Origin: an uncultured Anaerolineales bacterium
GTDB lineage: Bacteria > Chloroflexota > Anaerolineae > B4-G1
Direction of reading: 5' to 3'
Assembly: GCA_964450435.1 (NCBI GenBank)
Contig: CAYVCX010000008.1
Coordinates: 6,548-70,547 of the forward strand
Length of the DNA: 64,000 bases
In this document: piece by piece, positions 41,747-51,332 of the stretch
How the letters are laid out: every line of letters starts with the position of its first letter
Numbering within the stretch: position 1 is the first letter of the stretch
Notes under the pieces: model-generated
The model's database searches: none
The model's input: the letters and a program-made list of their open reading frames with translations, nothing else
What the model was told of the DNA's origin: nothing
Program-made: the position numbers and the translations under genes

Positions 41747-41872
41747 GAATCAAAATCCGCCTCCGAGGTGGTGGGGAGAAGGGGCCAAAATACGGGCCTC
41801 TGGGGCGGGATCTACCCACAAACCAGCCATCTGAGGGCAGAAAGTGGGGCGCCGTCCCTGGATTCTGGTCAA

Positions 41873-41915
41873 CGATATTGTTTCTGCGCGGCATTTTTTC
41901 CCGGAAACAATATCG
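41873..41915. promoter_or_regulatory. inverted repeat CGATATTGTTTC-N19-GAAACAATATCG (12-bp perfect arms)
   Basis: Same CGATATTGT half-sites as 41729, but separated by a 19-nt spacer. Could be an operator pair or an RNA hairpin. Confidence 0.35.
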
Positions 41916-41982
41916 GTGCGGCAGGCCAGAGCGCGGAATAGACTCCAGAGGTTGTCAATGTCCAGCAGCATTTCCGTGACCC

Positions 41983-42002
41983 AGAGCAGCATCGTGTGGA
42001 GC
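41983..42002. repeat. 2x10-bp tandem direct repeat TGTAGCCCAG
   Basis: Seen directly. Confidence 0.4.
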
Positions 42003-42102
42003 GAGTATTCCCTGTAGCCCAGTGTAGCCCAGTCTCGGCAACCCTTGAGATCTCTGCACTATCCCGCGGATGCCGGTAGGACAACGCGCCTGGGTCGAGT
42101 GC

Positions 42103-42111
42103 TGATATTAT
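42103..42111 (+). promoter_or_regulatory. orphan extended -10-like element TGATATTAT followed by AGCGCAGG, with no downstream ORF
   Basis: Shares TAT(A/T)ATAGCGCAG with the amrB promoter. It sits inside the ORF-less 1.9 kb region. Confidence 0.25.
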
Positions 42112-43173
42112 AGCGCAGGCGGGGGCGGTTGTAAAGAGGGGAAATTTGGGATACCGTTTGGGAAATGGGTCAGGAATTTGGGATATGGGAGGGCGATCTG
42201 CAAGTTGCGGATTCTATACTGCAGGCTCCAAGTAATGGATGGAGACAAGAGCGGGGGCGAGGGTGGAGATCGATTTGCCCGACCGGCTTCACCACGGGCG
42301 CGCCAGCCTTTGGCCCCAGCCCGTGTATGATCTGGCGCACACCGACACCGCTTGAGGATATGACACGGATGCCAGCGTCGCCTTGCGGCGGCAGGGGGAG
42401 GAGCGGGCCGGAATACGCAGCGGGCTCCCCTGCGGCGAGGTCTGTCTCCGTCTGCATGCCTACGTTTTCCAGACGCCGTGCCACCACTGATAGGCAGGCG
42501 TCCGCCTCGGATTTCGGCATCTGCCAGGGCAGAGGATTCAAGGCGATGGCTTCAAAGGCTGGAGATCTGCACCTCATCACGCGCAACAGCGAGATTCGAG
42601 CACGAAGCGCTCGGCAGACACCACCCGCGTGCAACAATACACACCGGGCAACCAGGGATCCATCTAGGGGAAACAGGATCGGATCCACCCTGGCTCCCGT
42701 CGTGTCCCCGTGGGGCCGAGTCGAATGCATCGTTGATCGGCGCCCCATTCTTCGGCTTCACAGTTGCTTCCCGTTGGCCCCAGGCACAGATAACACTCAT
42801 ATCCGAGCGCCTGCGGCCCAACGATCGGTTCGCGTGGCAGCAGTATCGTGATACCCCGTGAACCTCTGGTGCGAGTTGATGGGTAAGCAATCCTGTTCAC
42901 CAACCAGTACATGAGACTGCGCGCAATTGATCAACAGGTGCGCCAATACTGGGAGAGTTCTGTCTCGCTTCATCCGTCACCAGAGAAGAAACCATCCCCT
43001 GGACAGCGGGTCTTGTCCCTATTGGGCCAGTTCGCGGGCGATACATCGGTGCGAACGAGTGCGTCGACCAGCAGGACAGTCATTGCGGCTAAAGCCCCAG
43101 ATCCTCGACGTGGATCGGGTCGTGCCGGATGTACTGGACGCATGCCCCTACAAGGATTGCGATGGGGAGCATT

Positions 43174-44121
43174 TTACACCTCGCGCCTGTTGAGCCTTCT
43201 CAGGTAGAAGCGGTGGCCTGCGTACTCCGCCGCGACAAGCCGATCGTCGGCCACCAGGCGACGGATCACGGCCCAATCCGCGTCTGACCGCGCCAGGAAC
43301 TCGCGGATTGCGTCCTCCCGCATCGGATGGACCGCGGTGATGCTCAACAAATCCTCCTCGACGTCACCCGTGGAGGCGAACGCATTCCCCTCGTAGCCAA
43401 TCAAAACCTCCACGTGATCCACGCGCTCGCCGATGATCTGATAGGCCCGGTTGACCGTCCCCTCGTCGGGCCCGTGTGCCCACGGCTCGGCGGGCGGTCT
43501 GGTGGGGATCGCAACGTACGCCCGCTCCGGTTTCAAGCGGGCCATAAAGGCAGCCACCTCATTCAGCGCGACCTCGCCGTCGTTGATGCCGTTCACCAGC
43601 ATCGTCTCCGTCGCCAGCATCCCCTCGTAATCGTCCGCGAAAGCCAGCATGTCATCCTGGATCGCCCGCAGTTGGAGCCTCCGGTGCGGCCGATTGACCT
43701 GGCGCCAGATGTCCTCCGACGCGGCGTCGACTTTCAGGGACACCCAGTCAGCCTGCGCCAGCGCGTCCCTCACGTCCCGCCGCCAGACGAGCGAGCCGTT
43801 GCTGATGACCGCGGTCTTGATCCCCAGCGGTTGCAAAAGCTCGATCTCACGGCCCAGGTTTGCGTCGAGGGTCGGCTCCCCATCCGGGACGAAAGTGAGG
43901 TAGTCGATGGCCTCCCCTGCCTCCTTGGCCTGCTCGACCTTGGTTTGGACATCCCGTAGGACGCGCTCTGGCTCATAGAACGAACGACGCTCCACCTGCA
44001 TTTTGATCGTTGGTCCCAGCTGGCAGTACGCACACGAATAGGTGCATATCTTGGGCGGGATGTTGTTTATGCCCAGGCTACGACCCAGGCGTCGCGATGG
44101 AACGGGCCCATAGGCGATCAT
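43174..44121 (-). CDS. radical SAM domain protein (CxxxCxxC; COG0731-like)
   Basis: N-terminus GPVPSRRLGRSLGINNIPPKICTYSCAYCQLG carries the CX3CX2C SAM-cluster motif. Confidence 0.65.
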   Translation of the reverse strand: MIAYGPVPSRRLGRSLGINNIPPKICTYSCAYCQLGPTIKMQVERRSFYEPERVLRDVQTKVEQAKEAGEAIDYLTFVPDGEPTLDANLGREIELLQPLGIKTAVISNGSLVWRRDVRDALAQADWVSLKVDAASEDIWRQVNRPHRRLQLRAIQDDMLAFADDYEGMLATETMLVNGINDGEVALNEVAAFMARLKPERAYVAIPTRPPAEPWAHGPDEGTVNRAYQIIGERVDHVEVLIGYEGNAFASTGDVEEDLLSITAVHPMREDAIREFLARSDADWAVIRRLVADDRLVAAEYAGHRFYLRRLNRREV

Positions 44122-44143
44122 ATTGTCAATTCCTCCCCAGAGG

Positions 44144-46198
44144 TCACTCGCCCTCCCCTATGATCTCTTCAAAGGCAACCAGAAACGCATCGTTCTCCTG
44201 CTGCGTACCGACTGTTACCCGGATGAATCCGGGCGGCAACTGGTTCGAGACGTCCGAGACCAGCACGCCTGCGTCCCTGAGTCGTCTAGCCATATCAAGG
44301 ATGTCGCTTCGGACCAGCAGGAAGTTTGTGTGACTGGGGATGACGCGCGCGCCCGCGTCCCGCAGTGCCTCCCGCAGACGCTCCCTCTCCACCACCAGTC
44401 GCCCCACGGTATCCCGCGCGTAACCCGGGTCCTCCAGTGCTTCTATCCCCGCATGCAGGCTGGACTGCGGAAGAAACGCGTAGAAACCGATGAACGCCTC
44501 CCGAAAGGCCTCTCCCACCACTGCGTACCCCACCCGGGCGCCCGCCAGGCTGAAGGCCTTGTCCAGCGTCCGCGTCACCGCCAGGTTGGTATACTCCTCC
44601 ACCAGGTCGGCGAACGAGCCGTGTGGCCTTTCCTCGCCCCGCGCGCTCACCCGGGAGAAGTCGTGGTACGCCTCGTCGATCACCAGCAGGGTCTGCTCGC
44701 TCTGCAGCACCGCCCGGACCGTCTCGCGATCCAGCAGCACCTGGCCGGTGGGGTTGTTCGGGTTGTCGATGATGGCGAGGCACGGTCCTTCCAGCGCGCG
44801 CATCAGCACCTCCGGCTCCAGCGCGAACGTGGGTGGGCTCAGCCGCAGGCCGGTCCACCGCGCTGCAACCTGCCGCACCGTCTCCACGGTGGGAAGAAAC
44901 GTCGGACTCACCGTGATCACCATCCGCTCTCCCCCGAAGGCGTGGATCATCTCCCGCAGCAGAAGGTCGGAGCCCGGTCCCATCACGAGCTGCTGCTCCG
45001 GAACCCCGGCGTAGTGCGCGAGCAGCCCTCGAAACCGGGCCAGATCCTCCGGATCGGCGTACCGGTTCAGGCGAGACAATCCTCTCCCGGCCCCCGCGAC
45101 GACGTGCGGCGGGGGAAGGGTGGTCACCTCGTTCCTGTCGAGCCGGATGGGCTGCTCTACCATACTGACCTCCACCATCATCCATTCTCGGTAGCCGACC
45201 GTGACCTTGACGTACCCCGACACCGTCTCATCGAGGGTCGCGTCACCCGTATCCACGCGCAAGCACTCGAGCTTGTTCACCTTACGTCGGGCCCCCACGA
45301 CGATCACGTTCTCCTTGCCCACCGCCCAGATCACCGTCGGCGTGAACTGCTTGCTCCCCCTTCCGAAGATGAACCCGTTGCCCCCGATGGGGGTCACGAT
45401 GATCTTTCGCTTGCGGTGCTGCTCCAGAAGACGCAGGATGTCCTTTTCGTTCACGTCCTCTCCCACGAGCGTTCCCTCGTGGACCGCGTCCAGCCCCAGA
45501 AGGGTGTTAGAGAGCTCCAGTTCTTCCGTGATGGCGCGCACCGTCGTGCCGGGTCCCAGCAGGTGGAGCGTCTGCGGATCCAGCTCCTCTACGATAGATC
45601 TGGCGATGTCCGCCTTGACCTGCTCGGAGGGTGCGCTGACGTCCGAGGCTGCCTTTGCGGGCTGGAGGGAGGTTCGCACCTCGGGCACCAGGAGCGTACC
45701 GTAGAGCCTGGAGGCCAGCCTGTCGTCCCGGAAGGCCGCCTCGTCGATGTCGAGCACCTCCTCCTCCGTCACCAGAGCCCCGGCGACGAAGGCGTCCACC
45801 ATATCGGCCGTCGCCGCCCACGAAAACCAGCAACTCAACGCCCCGAGCCACCATCGCCCGGGCGATGCGCTTCGTGTGCTGCGCCGAGGTCTCCTCGCCG
45901 ATCTCCCCGATGACCGTGGCCGGTATGCCCATCTCCTGCAGGTGGAGGGCTCCCATCCGACCTAGCGCGGCGAGGAACGCCATCTCGTCCTTCCGCTCCA
46001 GGTGTGCCAGCATGTCCCGCGTCCTCCGGGGTGTGACCGGCTCGGCGCCCAGCTCCACGGCCCTCTCGTGCATCTCTCCGTCAGTCCCCTTGAGTCCAAC
46101 GCTCCCCCCATGCCCGCCACGGGATTGACGATCAGGCCAGCGGTCCTTTTCTTCATCCTGAACTCCCCCCCAGTAGCCATCGCCCCCGGGCGCCCCAC
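44144..46198 (-). pseudogene. frameshift-disrupted fusion gene: N-terminal ATP-NAD-kinase-like (COG3199-type) domain plus C-terminal HisC/CobD-like class-II aminotransferase
   Basis: Three consecutive minus-strand ORFs (45962..46198, 45507..46202, 44144..45838) carry a continuous homology signal. GLIVNPVAGMGG is followed, after a +1 shift, by SVGLKGTDG (the shift falls in a G6 run). LLVFVGGDG is followed, after a shift, by TADMVDAF... The C-terminal part carries the PLP-lysine motif TLDKAFSLAGARVGY and NPNNPTG. Confidence 0.5.
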
Positions 46199-46477
46199 GC
46201 AATAGGTCTCCTCTCGCCCTGCCCGTCGCTTGGGTCGCCTTCCTGCGCCGACCGATATGTCGCGCTCGACCTCACGTGCGTCGACCAGGTGCTCACCCAG
46301 TGCCCGGCGCGCCTCCTACCAATGTGTCCTCTCTTGCATCCCGAACCTTGACCACGAGCCTTCCTTATGCCAGATAAGTCCCCCGGAAAGAGCCGACGCT
46401 CACGATGTGGTCACCCGCCTCGGAGACGGACTTGCCCAGCTGCAGGAAAATCTCCTTCCCCTCCGTGACCTCCAACG

Positions 46478-46657
46478 TCAGGCGCAAACCCGAGCACCCG
46501 CCGGCGAGGCGCACGCCGGATCATGCTCGCAGACGATGTCAATGAGCCTGCCGTCTTCGTCCACGACCGGAAGCCCTCGAAACCCGCGCGTCGGCACCAG
46601 GCCCCAAGGCGTCGCGAATTACTCTGTCTGGTGTTATTGTCACCGGTGGTGAACTCA
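46478..46657 (-). pseudogene. small single-CBS-domain gene interrupted by a 1-nt frameshift
   Basis: Minus-strand ATG at 46657 gives MSSPPVTITPDRVIRDALG. The next frame continues LVPTRGFRGLPVVDEDGRLIDIVCEHD, which is a classic CBS domain. The shift is at a GGGGCC run. Confidence 0.3.
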
Positions 46658-46782
46658 TGCGATGGCGTACAAGCATCGGATTTGTCCCCTTATTGCCGCT
46701 ACGTCGTTTGCCTCAGGGATGGTCGGACCCAGCCGGCACCGTGTGCTCCGCGCCTCTCTTGCTCGCCGTCCCTCGTTCTATC

Positions 46783-47022
46783 TCAGTCGCGTCGGCACGC
46801 ACCGCCGGCAGAACACGGCGGCGCGTCACATCGTTCGTCGCGACCGCAGCAGGTCTGCCCCGTGACCCGAGCTGTCCGCCCGCTCAATACCGTGGGTGCG
46901 GAGAGCAGCTTCTTCAGCGACGCACTGCCGCACTCCGGACAGGTGACCGCGCCTCTCCTCCGCACCAGCGTTTCAAACGTCGTCCCACAGATGTCACAAC
47001 GATATTCATAGATCGGCATCGG
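46783..47022 (-). CDS. FmdB family zinc-ribbon protein
   Basis: MPIYEYRCDICGTTFE...CPECGS motif. The internal M of track ORF 46783..47109 is the likely start. Confidence 0.6.
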   Translation of the reverse strand, partial: PMPIYEYRCDICGTTFETLVRRRGAVTCPECGSASLKKLLSAPTVLSGRTARVTGQTCCGRDERCDAPPCSAGGACRRD

Positions 47023-47395
47023 TGCCTCCTCGCCCTCCTGCAAACTCGATGTCCAGCTCCGGCGGATGCAGCAGCGTATTGGGAAGCGTGGCGTGGCTTG
47101 CCACGGCAACCAGACGCCGCCTCATGCCCTCATCTGGTTCCGGGTCCAGATGGAGCGTCGCCCTCAGTACGCCTATGCGGCGCGCACCCGGAACCTCGTT
47201 GTACGCCATCTCCAGGCTCAGGTGTTCGACCGCCACGCCGTGCAGCCTGCACGAGTTCAGCACGAACTCCTCCACGGACGCGGCAAACGCCGCCGCAAAG
47301 AGTCCCGGCGCGTTTGTCGCTGTGCTTCCGCCCCCATCCTCCGGTGCTGCATCGACGACCACGGTATGCTCGTTCACCGTCGCCAGGAAGCGCAT
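47006..47395 (-). CDS. OsmC/Ohr family protein
   Basis: TNAPGLFAAAFAASVEEFVLNSC core resembles the OsmC peroxiredoxin-like fold. The assignment is weak. Confidence 0.45.
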   Translation of the reverse strand: MRFLATVNEHTVVVDAAPEDGGGSTATNAPGLFAAAFAASVEEFVLNSCRLHGVAVEHLSLEMAYNEVPGARRIGVLRATLHLDPEPDEGMRRRLVAVASHATLPNTLLHPPELDIEFAGGRGGTDADL

Positions 47396-47461
47396 CGTCC
47401 ACGTGTTCCACGATTAGCTTCACGCCGACCACCTCCGTGGTCATCTCCCCGCCCTGCCTAC

Positions 47462-47947
47462 CTAGCGTCCCCGCCTGCGGTGCTGTCTCCGAGCCCCTCG
47501 ACCGTTCGCCCTCCCGGGTGCGCGGGTTCCCCCCCTTGTCATAGGAGGCGTCCCGCGCCCCTCCGACGGCTCTGCGAGCCAGCGGCTGACAGCTCGCGCC
47601 AGCGCGTGGGCGGCCCGCACAAGAAGCCCTACCCCGACCTCCGTGACCGCCGGCCCGGCGGTCTCAACCAGAGGACGCGCACGCTCGACCGCGGGAGCGA
47701 GCCGCCCCTTGGTCCGGCGTGCCGCCACCGCCCGCTCCTCCGCCCGGACCAGCTCCCCATGCACCACAGGGTGTATCGCGTCCTCAGGGCAGACCTCGAG
47801 GCAGGCCCCGCAACCGGTACACATCTCCTCCGCCACGTGAGCCTTACCGTCCACCAGGGCGATCGCCCCGACGGGGCAGGCCTCAACGCAGGCGCCGCAC
47901 CTGGTACAGCGCTCCGTGTCTATCCATACCACCTGGTCGTTAGCCAT
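47462..47947 (-). CDS. 2x[4Fe-4S] ferredoxin with basic C-terminal tail
   Basis: CTRCGACVEACP and CTGCGACLEVCP motifs. Confidence 0.7.
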   Translation of the reverse strand: MANDQVVWIDTERCTRCGACVEACPVGAIALVDGKAHVAEEMCTGCGACLEVCPEDAIHPVVHGELVRAEERAVAARRTKGRLAPAVERARPLVETAGPAVTEVGVGLLVRAAHALARAVSRWLAEPSEGRGTPPMTRGGTRAPGRANGRGARRQHRRRGR

Positions 47948-48001
47948 CTGTTCCTCCCTACGCTAACCGCCTTTCCTCTGCCTCCAACGCATCCCCCCTG
48001 A

Positions 48002-48565
48002 TCACCTGCCCTTTCCCAACCCCTGAACCAGCTGTTCGAGGACGGGTTGGTCGGCGAACGATCCGCCCCCGATCGCACTGTTAGGGCAGGCAGCGACGCA
48101 GCCACCGCAGCCCATGCAGCGATTGTGGTCCACCGTCGAGACACGTGTGCCTTCCTGGACCGCCAGGGAAAGCGCGTCGTACGGACATAGTTCCACACAG
48201 TTCCCACAGCCGGAGCAGAGGTCAGAATCCACCACGACGGTCTCCAGCGGCGACGTGTACCCTGACTCCAGGGCCAGTTCACGAAGTGCGCCGATGACAT
48301 CAGAGATGTGGACCTCTTGTGGGCAGCCAGCGTAACACAGGTCACAGGCCGTGCAATGCCAGACCGTCATGTCCTCAAAGACAGCCCGGCGCATGCCCAG
48401 GAGGGCCCTGTGAAACAACCGGCGAGGATTGTACGCTTGGTCGCGCCAGGGGATGATGCACCGGCTGACACACGTCCCACAGGCGTAGCACGCTCGCAGG
48501 CTCTCGGCGCCGGGGGCGAGAGGGAGCTCATCCTGGAAGCCCGTGACGGTTGGGTCTACATGCAT
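48002..48565 (-). CDS. HdrC-like iron-sulfur protein fused to a 2x[4Fe-4S] ferredoxin domain (four clusters predicted)
   Basis: CYACGTCVSRC...CTACDLCYAGCP is HdrC-type. It is followed by CSGCGNCVELCP and CMGCGGCVAACP. Confidence 0.55.
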   Translation of the reverse strand: MHVDPTVTGFQDELPLAPGAESLRACYACGTCVSRCIIPWRDQAYNPRRLFHRALLGMRRAVFEDMTVWHCTACDLCYAGCPQEVHISDVIGALRELALESGYTSPLETVVVDSDLCSGCGNCVELCPYDALSLAVQEGTRVSTVDHNRCMGCGGCVAACPNSAIGGGSFADQPVLEQLVQGLGKGR

Positions 48566-48704
48566 TAGTCATCGCTCCTTCAACGCGATCGGCGACTTCC
48601 CCGCCAATCATGGCCCGCGCACGATCTCCTCGCTTCCTCGCGTACGATCGAGTCCGTGCGCTTCAGCGGCTGATGCTTGTTTGGGTATCGTTTCTTCCGC
48701 TACA

Positions 48705-49724
48705 TCACGACCGTCCCGTGGTCGCGACGCCCCTCCCCGGGGACACAGCCAGGAACCGCTCCGCCTCCATCGCGGCGTTCGCCCCGTCTGCGGCTGCTGA
48801 CACCACCTGCCGGAAACGCCGGTTCTGAACGTCGCCTGCGGCGAAGACGCCCGGCACACTTGTCTGTTGTCGTTCGTCCGTCGCGACATAGCCCCGGTCG
48901 TCGAGGGCGACCTGATCGACGAATAGCTCCGTCTGCGGCACTGTACCCACATAGATGAACACACCGTCGGCCTCAATGACCTCCGTCTCATTATCCTTCC
49001 CGTTCAGCACCCGCACGCCGGTCACCCTCTTCTCCCCCAGGATCTCCTTCACCACGCTGTTCCACACAAACGCCATCTTCGGGTTGGCGAAGGCCCGATC
49101 CTGGTAGATCTTCGTCGCCCGCAGTTCGTCGCGCCGATGGACGACGACTACCTCGCGGGCGAATCTGGTCAGGAACAGCCCTTCGTCCAGAGCGCTGTCG
49201 CCACCGCCGACGACCACGACGCGCTTGTCCTGATAGAAGAATCCGTCGCAGGTGGCGCACGTGGAGACTCCCCGCCCGAAGAGCCGGGCCTCGCCGGGCA
49301 CGCCCAGCCGTCGCGGGACGGCGCCCGTAGCCACGATCACCGTACGACCCTGGTAAACCTGTCGTCCGGTCCGCACCGCCAGTCGCGAGTTGGAGAAGTT
49401 GACCTCTGTTGCGGCGTCGTGCACAATCTCTGCTCCGAACCGCTCCGCCTGGAGGCGAAACCGCTGAGCAAGCTCCGATCCCTCGATGCCCTCAGGAAAT
49501 CCCGGGAAGTTCTCGATACGGTTGGTACTCGACAGCTGACCACCCATCGCTGGGCCTGCCAGCACGACGGTCGCCAGGCTGGCGCGACCGGCGTAGATGG
49601 CGGCGGTAAGGCCTGCCGGCCCGGCTCCAAGGATGGTCAGGTCGTACCTGTGGACCTCGTCGGGCTTAGCCTCTCCTGATTCTCTAGCCTTCTGGTCAGG
49701 GGCTGTCAAGTTGAAATCGAGCAT
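48705..49724 (-). CDS. trxB: thioredoxin-disulfide reductase (NADPH-dependent, CATC active site)
   Basis: FAD site ILGAGPAGLTAAIYA. Redox-active CATCDGFFY. NADPH site VVGGGDSALDEG...HRRDELRA. Confidence 0.75.
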   Translation of the reverse strand: MLDFNLTAPDQKARESGEAKPDEVHRYDLTILGAGPAGLTAAIYAGRASLATVVLAGPAMGGQLSSTNRIENFPGFPEGIEGSELAQRFRLQAERFGAEIVHDAATEVNFSNSRLAVRTGRQVYQGRTVIVATGAVPRRLGVPGEARLFGRGVSTCATCDGFFYQDKRVVVVGGGDSALDEGLFLTRFAREVVVVHRRDELRATKIYQDRAFANPKMAFVWNSVVKEILGEKRVTGVRVLNGKDNETEVIEADGVFIYVGTVPQTELFVDQVALDDRGYVATDERQQTSVPGVFAAGDVQNRRFRQVVSAAADGANAAMEAERFLAVSPGRGVATTGRS

Positions 49725-49749
49725 GTTGTGTCTCCTTCCCTTACCGGAC

Positions 49750-50181
49750 TCACAGGAACAGCTCGTCCTGGATGGGACTAGGCCCCAAGTCGGTGATCTG
49801 TCTGTCGAATTCCCTCACCACCTGGGCAAACCGCGGAGCCTCAGAGGATGAGATCCAAGAAAGCCGCAAGCGATCCCCCATCTCCAGCTCCAAGGTATCG
49901 AAGATGGACTTGAGCAGCGTTGTTCGCCTTCGCGCCTGCAAGTTCCCCGTCTGGTAGTGACATTGGCCGGGCCAACACCCGCTGATCAGCACCCCGTCCG
50001 CTCCCAGGAGGAACGCAGTGAATACGAACAGTGGGTCGACTCGACCGGAGCACATCACGCGGACGACCATGACTGAAGGCGGCATCTTGAACCTGGACAC
50101 GCCGGCCGAATCGGCGGCGGCGTACGTGCACCAGTTGCACAGGAATCCTACAATCGTCGGTGTGAGTTTTCGCTCTTCCAT
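49750..50181 (-). CDS. mvhD: hydrogenase iron-sulfur subunit MvhD/FlpD-like
   Basis: IVGFLCNWCTYAAAD...VRVMCSGRV...GADGVLISGCWPGQCHYQTGN is the canonical MvhD motif set. Confidence 0.75.
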   Translation of the reverse strand: MEERKLTPTIVGFLCNWCTYAAADSAGVSRFKMPPSVMVVRVMCSGRVDPLFVFTAFLLGADGVLISGCWPGQCHYQTGNLQARRRTTLLKSIFDTLELEMGDRLRLSWISSSEAPRFAQVVREFDRQITDLGPSPIQDELFL

Positions 50182-50189
50182 ATCTCCCC

Positions 50190-51332
50190 CTATGTCGCCA
50201 CCTCAGTGAACTCTTCTTCTTCAAACGTCCTCAGCGGAATCTCCTCGCCCACGTCTCTCCCCGGCTGATAGTCGAAGACGGCCTGAGCGGCCGTTCCCAC
50301 TTTGGAGAACATCGTCGAGATCGGGATGTCCGCGGGACACACGTCCGTACACATACCGCATCCCACACACGAGATAGCCATATGGGCCATCCGCCCGAGG
50401 TGGAAATAGACGGTATCGGATGGCACCCGGAGCCCTCCTTTCCTGACCGCTTCTCCCTCGTAGAATGCCACTGGACGCTCGCAGTTCTGAGAATCGAAAT
50501 AGCACAGGCGGCAATAGCAGATTGGGCACACCGTCTTGCAGCCGTGGCAGCCGATGCAGCGCCCAAACGTGTGGATCAGCTGCTTCAGGCCGACTCCGAC
50601 TCGGGCGAAGAGTTCCTCTCGGAAGGCTTCGCGCTCATCGTGGGAGCGTTCGAGCGCCTCGCTGTCCAACTTTCCCGAGACGGACGTCCCCTCCATATCG
50701 CTTGCGAAAGCCGCTCCCTTCTCGGTGTTCAGGTGGAGCGTGCACTGCGCATGGAGATCTGCCCCCCCCAGCAGCGCCACCGTGATGTCGGCACCTTCGG
50801 GAACGAAATTCTCGCACGCACGACACGTTGGCCGCACATCGTCGTCCAGCTCACCCTGCTCCACCCCCTCCCAGTACCCGGGCAGCTTCCCCTCCAGACT
50901 GCCGTCGATGCCCATATCCAGCGGGTAGACGCCACCGCAGGTGGAACTGATCAGAAGGAAGTTGTCCTGGTTTCCCTGGTTGAGCTTCAGTAGTTCGATG
51001 AACGCCCGCAACTCGCAGGGTTTGACCACAGCCGCCACTGGCTCAGCGACCGGCCCCTTCAGCGTCAGCCGGGAGAGCAACCCTCCGGCGTTGGCGGGCA
51101 TGAACGGGAGCAGGGGAAGCGTGTCCCCATCCTCTCCGAACGCTTCCGGGTCTCTGAACAGGGAATATGCCACTCCTCCGCTGGGGCCCCCGGTCCTTCC
51201 CAGCGCCAGCACAGCGGTCACCTTGCTGCTTTCCAGGAGGGAGCGCAGCAACTCTCGCACCGTGTGCTCTGCTCCTTTGTTGATGTGTAGCCTTTGCGAT
51301 GCAAAGGCTGACTTGGTTGCTTCCTCAGGCAT
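50190..51332 (-). CDS. FrhB/FdhB family protein (coenzyme F420 hydrogenase/dehydrogenase beta-subunit-like) with C-terminal 2x[4Fe-4S] domain, paralogue 1
   Basis: FrhB-type C-x2-C-x-(D/N)-F...ADI..G motif CRACENFVPEGADITVALLGGADLH. C-terminal CIGCHGCKTVCP and CVGCGMCTDVCP. Strong AGGAGG RBS before the ATG at 51332. The track ORF starts earlier at 51401, but that would overlap the paralogue's 3' end. Confidence 0.6.
   Translation of the reverse strand: MPEEATKSAFASQRLHINKGAEHTVRELLRSLLESSKVTAVLALGRTGGPSGGVAYSLFRDPEAFGEDGDTLPLLPFMPANAGGLLSRLTLKGPVAEPVAAVVKPCELRAFIELLKLNQGNQDNFLLISSTCGGVYPLDMGIDGSLEGKLPGYWEGVEQGELDDDVRPTCRACENFVPEGADITVALLGGADLHAQCTLHLNTEKGAAFASDMEGTSVSGKLDSEALERSHDEREAFREELFARVGVGLKQLIHTFGRCIGCHGCKTVCPICYCRLCYFDSQNCERPVAFYEGEAVRKGGLRVPSDTVYFHLGRMAHMAISCVGCGMCTDVCPADIPISTMFSKVGTAAQAVFDYQPGRDVGEEIPLRTFEEEEFTEVAT

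Noticed and set aside
42165-42851. 228-aa plus ORF and 192-aa minus ORF (42170..42748) in the ORF-less region
   Set aside because: They mutually overlap, are low-complexity (R/G/P/S-rich) and have no recognisable motif or RBS. They are treated as non-coding.
44123-45913. 596-aa plus-strand ORF
   Set aside because: It is antisense to the HisC-like aminotransferase gene, Arg/Pro/His-rich and has no motifs. This is a typical GC-rich shadow ORF.
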